Source: Methanobacteriota archaeon (GTDB lineage: Archaea; Thermoplasmatota; Poseidoniia; Poseidoniales; Poseidoniaceae). From it: a DNA stretch of 64,000 nucleotides. Positions 55,205 through 62,065 of the stretch are shown here, piece after piece (position 1 is the first letter of the stretch; each line of letters opens with the position of its first letter). The position numbers were made by a program, and so were the translations under genes. The stretch covers positions 16,033-80,032 of the forward strand of contig PAJM01000020.1 of assembly GCA_002706065.1 (NCBI GenBank). The letters are read 5' to 3'. Under the pieces are notes generated by a model, which was given only the letters and a program-made list of their open reading frames with translations, was not told the origin of the DNA and made no database searches.

Positions 55205-56029
55205 TTATTCTTGACCATGAAGAACGGTTTTCTGCATCTCAAAGAGTGACGTGAAACCAAGATCTGCCATGTCAAGAAGAGCATCAAGCTCCTCCCGTTT
55301 GTACGTCGACTCCTCGCCAGTTCCTTGAACCTCAACAAATTCACCATTACTGACCTTGACCACATTCATGTCCACGTCTGCATTCGAATCAAGATTGTAA
55401 TCGAGGTCAAGATAGGACTTTCCATCAATAAGTCCTACGGAGATTGCAGCAACATCGTGCGCCATCACTCGCATTTCATGAGCCATTCGTTCGTCTTCTG
55501 ATAGGACAGGTGCACTCCAACCGGAACGTCGCTGTTCCTCTGTTGGACGCATGTTCTTTGGCAGACAAACCCCTTTTGCAATCAACCGGCGAACACCAAG
55601 ACGCAACGCCAGATTTGCGGCAGTAATTGAAGCACATCGAGTTCCACCATCGGCATTTAGAATGTCACAATCAACATTCAACGCGATAGGACCAAGTTCC
55701 TCAAGATCGACAGCAGCCCGAAGTGATCGAGCAACAAGACGCTCAATTTCTTGTGTTCGTCCTTTGGCTCCACGGCGTTCACGACGAAACCGTGAGTCAG
55801 TTGAACCTGGAAGAAGCGAATACTCGGCATGGACCCAACCCTTGCTTGAATCCCGTGGAAACCATCCTGGCAGTCGCGCCTCTTTCGTGCAACAAGCAAG
55901 GACAACGGTTTCTCCTTGCCGATAGAGAATCGAGGCTAATGCGTTGCTCGTGAAATCGATTTCGACTTCCACACCTCTCATTTCGTCAGCATTCCTTGTC
56001 GTGTTCAATTCGGTCTTGAATTTGGCCAT
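55205..56029 (-). CDS. rph: ribonuclease PH (bacterial type)
   Basis: 'RNADEMRGVEVEIDF', 'GWVHAEYSLLPGSTDSRFRRERRGAKGRTQEIERLVARSLRA' and 'VDCDILNADGGTRCASITAANLAL'. It is longer than the typical ~240 aa because of an internal insertion. Confidence 0.85.
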   Translation of the reverse strand: MAKFKTELNTTRNADEMRGVEVEIDFTSNALASILYRQGETVVLACCTKEARLPGWFPRDSSKGWVHAEYSLLPGSTDSRFRRERRGAKGRTQEIERLVARSLRAAVDLEELGPIALNVDCDILNADGGTRCASITAANLALRLGVRRLIAKGVCLPKNMRPTEEQRRSGWSAPVLSEDERMAHEMRVMAHDVAAISVGLIDGKSYLDLDYNLDSNADVDMNVVKVSNGEFVEVQGTGEESTYKREELDALLDMADLGFTSLFEMQKTVLHGQE

Positions 56030-56121
56030 GGTGTCCGCACGTGGTTGAGTTCATCAACCCTTTTGTTTGCCTGAAAGCGGAGCATGCGTATGTTCAAGAG
56101 GACATGTCCTATGCACTCAAC

Positions 56122-57312
56122 ATGGCAAATCAGAAGGCTGTCATTTGTGGTGTTGCTCGAACGCCGATCGGCCGATTTATGGGCTCGCTTTCATCGCTTT
56201 CTCCCATTGACCTCGGTGTTGCAACTGTAAAGGAATTGTGCCAGCGTGTCGGATTTGAACCATCCTCAGGCATTGTCGATGAAGTTCTGATGGGCCAAGT
56301 TTTGCAGGCCGGTGTCGGACAAGCACCGGCGAGACAAGTTGCTCTCGGTGCAGGATTACCGGTCTCGACTTCATGTGTAACCATCAACATGGTCTGTGGC
56401 TCGTCACTGCGAGCAGTGATGCAAGCAGCAACGAGTGTTCGCATGGGGGAACACAATGTCGTCATCGCAGGGGGCATGGAGAGCATGTCCAATGCGCCTC
56501 AACTGCTGATGGGTCAGCGATCTGGACAAAAAATGGGTGATTCAACACTCGTTGATTCAATGATTCATGATGGGCTTTGGGACGTGTACAACAACATGCA
56601 CATGGGCAATACGGGTGAAGTTGTAGCGAAAGAGTGCTCCATCAACCGTCAGCAAGCTGATGAATTTGCTGCACAAAGCCACATCAAGGCTGCAAGAGCA
56701 TGGGATGAAGGTTGGTTTGAATGGGAAACCTTCCCCCTCACAATTCCACAGAGAAGTGGAGATCCCCGAGTTCTCAATCGCGATGAGGGTGTTCGTTCCG
56801 ATTCGACCGCAGAGGGTCTTTCAAAACTACGGACTGTGTTCGATAAGGAAGGCATTGTAACGGCAGGTAACGCAAGCACGCTTAACGACGGAGCGAGTGC
56901 AGTGCTTGTCACATCTGAATCCTTTGCGAAGGAACAGGGTTGGGAAATCCTTGCAACAATCGAAGATTATTGCACTGCAGGCGTTGAACCTGAACGTGTG
57001 ATGAGCGCTCCAATTCCTGCGGTGAACGATCTCCTACGTCGAAATAATCTCGATGTTCTTGATGTCGATGTCTACGAACACAATGAGGCGTTTGCATCGG
57101 CTTCATGTGCAGTTGCCCAAGAGGTTGGAATTCCTCATGACCGCTTCAATTTGCACGGAGGTGCAGTAAGCATAGGCCACCCACTCGGATCGAGTGGATC
57201 TCGTTGTCTGATTACAATGCTTGGTGTCATGCGTCGCCTCGATGCGAAATCAGGAATTGTGACACTTTGCCTCGGAGGCGGAAATGCCGTTGCAATGTAT
57301 GTAACTCGTTAA
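56122..57312 (+). CDS. acetyl-CoA C-acetyltransferase (thiolase II)
   Basis: 'KAVICGVARTPIGRFMGSL', active-site 'NMVCGSSLRAV', 'NEAFASA', 'GGAVSIGHPLGSSGSR' and 'CLGGGNAVAM'. Start moved to 'MANQKAV' (ATG 56122). Confidence 0.85.
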   Translation: MANQKAVICGVARTPIGRFMGSLSSLSPIDLGVATVKELCQRVGFEPSSGIVDEVLMGQVLQAGVGQAPARQVALGAGLPVSTSCVTINMVCGSSLRAVMQAATSVRMGEHNVVIAGGMESMSNAPQLLMGQRSGQKMGDSTLVDSMIHDGLWDVYNNMHMGNTGEVVAKECSINRQQADEFAAQSHIKAARAWDEGWFEWETFPLTIPQRSGDPRVLNRDEGVRSDSTAEGLSKLRTVFDKEGIVTAGNASTLNDGASAVLVTSESFAKEQGWEILATIEDYCTAGVEPERVMSAPIPAVNDLLRRNNLDVLDVDVYEHNEAFASASCAVAQEVGIPHDRFNLHGGAVSIGHPLGSSGSRCLITMLGVMRRLDAKSGIVTLCLGGGNAVAMYVTR

Positions 57313-57320
57313 GACAACAA

Positions 57321-59399
57321 TCATTCCTCTTCAGAAGATGTGTACGGGCTAAAAACGCCAATGTCTTCCATGATATCAGACGAACCAGGCAAAACCGAGA
57401 GAACATCATCCGTGCGCAGACCGGTTGCTTTGTAGATTCGATTTGCAAGCTGTTCCTTCTTTGTCTGCCCAGGCGCAAGAACCGCGTATCGCTGGCAACG
57501 CTCTTTGATGGTTGAAACAGTCCCTCCCATCAGTAATGGGACGCCGTTGATTGCGACGAAACCGATTCCCATCTGAACATCCATGTCCTTGAACCACTGT
57601 CGCTGTCCACGAACGATGAAAGCACCTCTTCCAACGTATTCTCCTGTTTGTGCGGACTTGGAAACTTGGGCTGGTTTCACAGCGAAAACGGTACCGTGAG
57701 CTCCTCCTCCATTCCATGCACGACTCCAACAAAGAGCGAGGGTTGCAGCCTCTTCCAACTTGGAATCCGTGATTCGTTCATCTCCAAGTTTGTCGACGAG
57801 TTTGTACGACGGAACGCCGGGTGGTAGTTGCCCGTACGGTTCCTCGACCAAGGCAAATCCTTGCGCCGCTCGGAGACTGCAACTCGGAGCGCCATGAATA
57901 TCAGCGTGCAAGTACATGTCGCTACCTGAGAGGTGCTTCTTGACAATCGAATCGTTGCCTTTCGCATCCCGTCCACCAACGAGGAGATGCCCTCCAGAAA
58001 TCATACTCCACCTGTGTTGTTCAAACCAGAGGCGCTTTGATCTTCGAACGGTTTGCATTCGACCACTTGCTTTCTGTTTGTCTTCTTTCTTCTGAGCACG
58101 CTTGAAGGCAGTTTTCGTATCTGCAAGAGCAGATGTTGCTCCTGCAGTTTTGTCTTTCTGCTTGCGGGCGGCTTCAAAGTAGCGTTGCGCATTTTGATGA
58201 ACTGAATCATCGAGATGAAGTGTGAACACTTGTCCTGGTTGCCCCTCATCATCAGGGAGTCGAACCATCATCGTTCGTTCAGCCGCATTCCCAGAATCGA
58301 CCCACGGGTTGTCCTTGAGGCCCTTCAAGACAGGCTTCCATCCTTGCTTTTGAACAGCATCTCGTGCTTGTTGCAAGATGGTTTCAACATGTGTCCAATG
58401 TTTTTGGATCGCGTGTCCGAGAGCCTGTTGCTTTTCGATTTTCTTGGCAAATCCTTCCAACGCCAGTTCTTGTTGCTTGAGTCTTCGTTCCAACTTCTCG
58501 ACTTCGGTTGAGTGCCCACGTCCAGGTGCGGCAGCATCCAATTTCTCCTGCTCCCTTCGGGCAAGAGCATTCGAATCATGATGCCCTTTCCATGCATCGA
58601 TGGCTGCGCAAAGGGTCGGGAACTGATACGAAATTGCATTCGAATGCGACGGGAGGAGAAGAGGAGTGGCTTCCTTGGCAGTCTCACGCAAAGCGGTGCT
58701 TGCTTTGGCATCAAGCGTGCCCATTTTCCCAATTGCCTCTAGGGCATTTGAATCGTATTCTGACGTCGGGCTGAGGATGAGATGTCCCGATCGACTTGAA
58801 TTCAGCTTCTCCAAGAAAGAGGTCAGCGATTCGAGGACACGTGATGCGTCAGCATCTTCAGTAGAACTGTTTGGTTCCAAACCAGCGTGTTCACACACCG
58901 CATTGGCATAGACACCACCCAGGTTAATTTTCCCGCCAAGCGTTGAAACAAGGTCGCGCTCAGATTCATCGAACGCTGTTTTCAGTGATTCAAGGGTGAG
59001 CGTATGTGGATCAATTGCTGCAGGAGGGGGGACATAGCGTTCGCCTTTCTTTATCGTCCGACCAGAATAACTCGCATGTGTCAATGGTTGGATAATGATA
59101 TCATGTTCATCCATCAGAATGACGTTTCCATTTCTGAACAATTCAACGCTTAGGGAACGTTGCCCATTTTTGGTATCAAATCGGATCATGAGGACGCGGT
59201 CAAAACCAAGTTGTTCCACTTTCGTCATTCTCGCATTTTTCAGATGTTTTCTCAAGACCATTGCAAACGAAGGAGGCGTCATCGGCATCGGTCGATCTCG
59301 TTTCGAGGTATAGACGCGTTGCCCGCGGACAATGACCAAATCAAATTGTTCCGAATCTTTGGGATTTATTCGAAGAACAATTTGTTCATAGTGCGGCAT
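57321..59399 (-). CDS. NFACT-family protein (FbpA / RqcH-Rqc2 homolog)
   Basis: NFACT-N 'SFAMVLRKHLKNARMTKVEQLGFDRVLMIRF', a central coiled coil, and NFACT-R/DUF814-like 'DMYLHADIHGAPSCSLRA'. I place the start at ATG 59399 rather than the TTG at 59429. Confidence 0.7.
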   Translation of the reverse strand: MPHYEQIVLRINPKDSEQFDLVIVRGQRVYTSKRDRPMPMTPPSFAMVLRKHLKNARMTKVEQLGFDRVLMIRFDTKNGQRSLSVELFRNGNVILMDEHDIIIQPLTHASYSGRTIKKGERYVPPPAAIDPHTLTLESLKTAFDESERDLVSTLGGKINLGGVYANAVCEHAGLEPNSSTEDADASRVLESLTSFLEKLNSSRSGHLILSPTSEYDSNALEAIGKMGTLDAKASTALRETAKEATPLLLPSHSNAISYQFPTLCAAIDAWKGHHDSNALARREQEKLDAAAPGRGHSTEVEKLERRLKQQELALEGFAKKIEKQQALGHAIQKHWTHVETILQQARDAVQKQGWKPVLKGLKDNPWVDSGNAAERTMMVRLPDDEGQPGQVFTLHLDDSVHQNAQRYFEAARKQKDKTAGATSALADTKTAFKRAQKKEDKQKASGRMQTVRRSKRLWFEQHRWSMISGGHLLVGGRDAKGNDSIVKKHLSGSDMYLHADIHGAPSCSLRAAQGFALVEEPYGQLPPGVPSYKLVDKLGDERITDSKLEEAATLALCWSRAWNGGGAHGTVFAVKPAQVSKSAQTGEYVGRGAFIVRGQRQWFKDMDVQMGIGFVAINGVPLLMGGTVSTIKERCQRYAVLAPGQTKKEQLANRIYKATGLRTDDVLSVLPGSSDIMEDIGVFSPYTSSEEE

Positions 59400-59496
59400 G
59401 TAGGCCTTTTGACATAAGCTCCGGACCAAGCATCCAATTCGAGCGACACAGCGCGAACATCGAAACCGGTCATTGAGTCCTTCATGCTATCATCGC

Positions 59497-60519
59497 CTAT
59501 TCGACAAATTTCAACAGTACTTTACCAATGTTCTTGCCATCATGAATGTGCTGATGCGCTACTGCAACATCTTTCGCGTCATAGATTGAATCGATGATTG
59601 GCGTAAGTGCACCTTCCTTGATGCCTCGGAGAATGTTTTCCATCTGCTCTTGCATGACCTCTTCGTTGCTCCACGTACCCATGTGAACACCAAAGACACC
59701 TTGATTTCTCGACATCATTAGCATCGGATCGAATCTCGGACGGCTTCTCAATGCCTTGAATGCCTTCAGCAGTGAGCGTTTTGAAGACGGTGCTGCTGAA
59801 GACATGCCATATGTGTACAATTTTCCACCTTGAGCAAGAACCGATAAACTGCGTTTGAGGTGTCCTCCTCCGATTGGGTCGAGGATATGATCAACACCTG
59901 CACCGTTGGTCGCAGATTTGATGATTTCAACAAAATCCTCTTGGTGGCGATTTATCGCAGTCGCTCCGTACGACTGAATGATTTCCGCTTTTCCAGCTGA
60001 AGCCGTTGACCAGACCTTGGAGACACCTGCCCATTGACAGAGTTGCAACGCTGCTGTTCCGACCCCACCCCCTCCTCCATGAATGAGAACAGAATCTGTT
60101 GATTTGAGATTTCCGAGGTGATGCAGCATATGGTGTGCTGTGATGTAGGTCACTGGCATGGATGCAGCCGCTTCGAGTGAGATGTCATCTGGGAGAGGTA
60201 GCGTTCGTGATGCATCTGCAACGATGTGACTTGCTTGGCCTCCGTTTCGCATCAAGCCGACAACCCGCTGCCCAACTTCAACATGCTCAACATCACTTCC
60301 AATCGAGTGAACAAGTCCACTGACCTCGTAGCCTGGTGTGAACGGAAATGGAGGGCGGGGTTGATAGAAGCCGAGTCGCATCAACGTATCTGCAAAATTA
60401 ATTCCAGCATAATGAACGGCAATGCACACTTCATTCGGTCCAGGATGAGGAATCGGAATCTCCTGAATGTCGAGCACATTCGGCCCTCCCGGTTTGGTAA
60501 TTACAACTCGATATGCCAT
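59497..60519 (-). CDS. zinc-type alcohol dehydrogenase-like quinone oxidoreductase (MDR family, Qor/VAT-1-like)
   Basis: 'NEVCIAVHYAGINFADTLMRLGFY', 'FTPGYEVSGLV' and 'VLIHGGGGGVGTAALQL'. Confidence 0.8.
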   Translation of the reverse strand: MAYRVVITKPGGPNVLDIQEIPIPHPGPNEVCIAVHYAGINFADTLMRLGFYQPRPPFPFTPGYEVSGLVHSIGSDVEHVEVGQRVVGLMRNGGQASHIVADASRTLPLPDDISLEAAASMPVTYITAHHMLHHLGNLKSTDSVLIHGGGGGVGTAALQLCQWAGVSKVWSTASAGKAEIIQSYGATAINRHQEDFVEIIKSATNGAGVDHILDPIGGGHLKRSLSVLAQGGKLYTYGMSSAAPSSKRSLLKAFKALRSRPRFDPMLMMSRNQGVFGVHMGTWSNEEVMQEQMENILRGIKEGALTPIIDSIYDAKDVAVAHQHIHDGKNIGKVLLKFVE

Positions 60520-62025
60520 TCATTCATCTCCTGAAATCCATTGATTGTTTGTCTGTTTTACCCGTTGCGCACGTTCATGCGACAAAAGATGAGCGAGTGT
60601 TTGATCTTGGGCAAGTCCAGGGTGCGCATTCGGTGTGTTTTCGTAGGCCTTGATGGAGATTTCAGAGAGTGTTCGAAATCCATCATTTACTGCATCGAGG
60701 ACGCGCTGATGCCGTTCCATTCGATGCTTGATATAGTATCCAAGCGTTTTCTCTGGAAGAGGGATGACAGGTCCATGACTCGGAAACATGAGGTGTGGTC
60801 GTAAATTCAGCAACCGTTGAAGCTGTTCGATGTAGACATCCATATCACCCGTTTCTGGGGGAACAAGAATTGTACCAATCCCTGCTACCATATCTCCAGC
60901 GACAAGACCAGCTTCAGAAAGGAGGCAAATGTGACCGGGATGATGGCCTGGAGTGATGAGAACCGTCCATTCTTGGTTCCCAAGGTTGAGAACTTCGCCA
61001 TCGGACAGAATTCGATTGCAATGGACGGATTTTGAGGTATATTCACTTCCCCAAACCGGAACATCAAACGCCTCTCGAAGCAAATCCATATCGCCGATAT
61101 GATCTCCATGAGAATGTGTGAAAAGAATGGCGATCAATTCTCCACGATGTCGATCGACCGCTTCAGCAAGTTCTTCCATTCCCTCACGCATTCGGCAGGC
61201 AGGATCGACGAGAATAAATTCGCCCTCCGGATCACCGACGAGATAGGCATTGGTGTGATCAGCTGGAGGGAGTGTTGCAGTCTTGACTGGAAGGACCTCA
61301 ACACCATGGGCAAACAGGATTGAGCGTCGGCCAGGCTGACGTTCTTGCAAATCTTCGGCGGTTTGAATCATGTTTCCATTGAAATGATTCAGAGTTCGAT
61401 CAACCTCCATCAATAAGGTGACGACAGGTGGAGCCACACGGATTTCGTGTCGCTTCCATCGTTCGATCATCTCCGATGGTTTCATCCATTCCAAAGCAGT
61501 AAACTCTGTTTGCAAATCTGTAGAAGGATTGAACACTTGATCTCCAATGTGCAGGTGAAAGAATGTGTTCTCAAATTGAATCGGTCCAAACGGAGGGGTC
61601 GTTCGACTTGATATGTGACGTAATTCCGAGGTATCCAAGGTCATCTTTCCATCGTTCAGAGCCTCAATGAACGTACCTTTGTCCACAAGGATGCGTTTAC
61701 GAAGGTCAACATCAATCGTGGCAACGGCTTCACCGTTTGGAACAACACCCAACTCTTCTGTCATCTCACGAACAACAGCGACAACAGAAGAAGTCGAGCC
61801 ACTCGTCGCATTCTGAACAAATGTCTCGCCTTCATGATCTGTCCTCGATACCCCGCCCCCCGGAAACGCCCAGTAGCCAGGAAATGCCCGCATGGTTTCT
61901 GCACGCCGTCCTAAGAGAACTTCAACACCGTTTTGCCCATCACGAGTGAGCGTCAACGTTACCGTAGGTCGTGGGGGCTTCCTCGCAAATGCGGGAAGGT
62001 TCACACCCTCGGGTACTTCGCTCAT
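60520..62025 (-). CDS. Nudix-like domain fused to MBL-fold metallo-hydrolase
   Basis: The N-terminal 'GYWAFPGGGVSRTD...VVREMTEELGV' is a Nudix box with an insertion. The C-terminal part has 'FTHSHGDHIGD' (HxHxDH) and 'ITPGHHPGHICL'. There is no gap to the downstream Qor gene. Confidence 0.7.
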   Translation of the reverse strand: MSEVPEGVNLPAFARKPPRPTVTLTLTRDGQNGVEVLLGRRAETMRAFPGYWAFPGGGVSRTDHEGETFVQNATSGSTSSVVAVVREMTEELGVVPNGEAVATIDVDLRKRILVDKGTFIEALNDGKMTLDTSELRHISSRTTPPFGPIQFENTFFHLHIGDQVFNPSTDLQTEFTALEWMKPSEMIERWKRHEIRVAPPVVTLLMEVDRTLNHFNGNMIQTAEDLQERQPGRRSILFAHGVEVLPVKTATLPPADHTNAYLVGDPEGEFILVDPACRMREGMEELAEAVDRHRGELIAILFTHSHGDHIGDMDLLREAFDVPVWGSEYTSKSVHCNRILSDGEVLNLGNQEWTVLITPGHHPGHICLLSEAGLVAGDMVAGIGTILVPPETGDMDVYIEQLQRLLNLRPHLMFPSHGPVIPLPEKTLGYYIKHRMERHQRVLDAVNDGFRTLSEISIKAYENTPNAHPGLAQDQTLAHLLSHERAQRVKQTNNQWISGDE

Positions 62026-62065
62026 GTTCCACCCTAAGGGTGGACCGCTTCAAGCCTTTGCGGCT

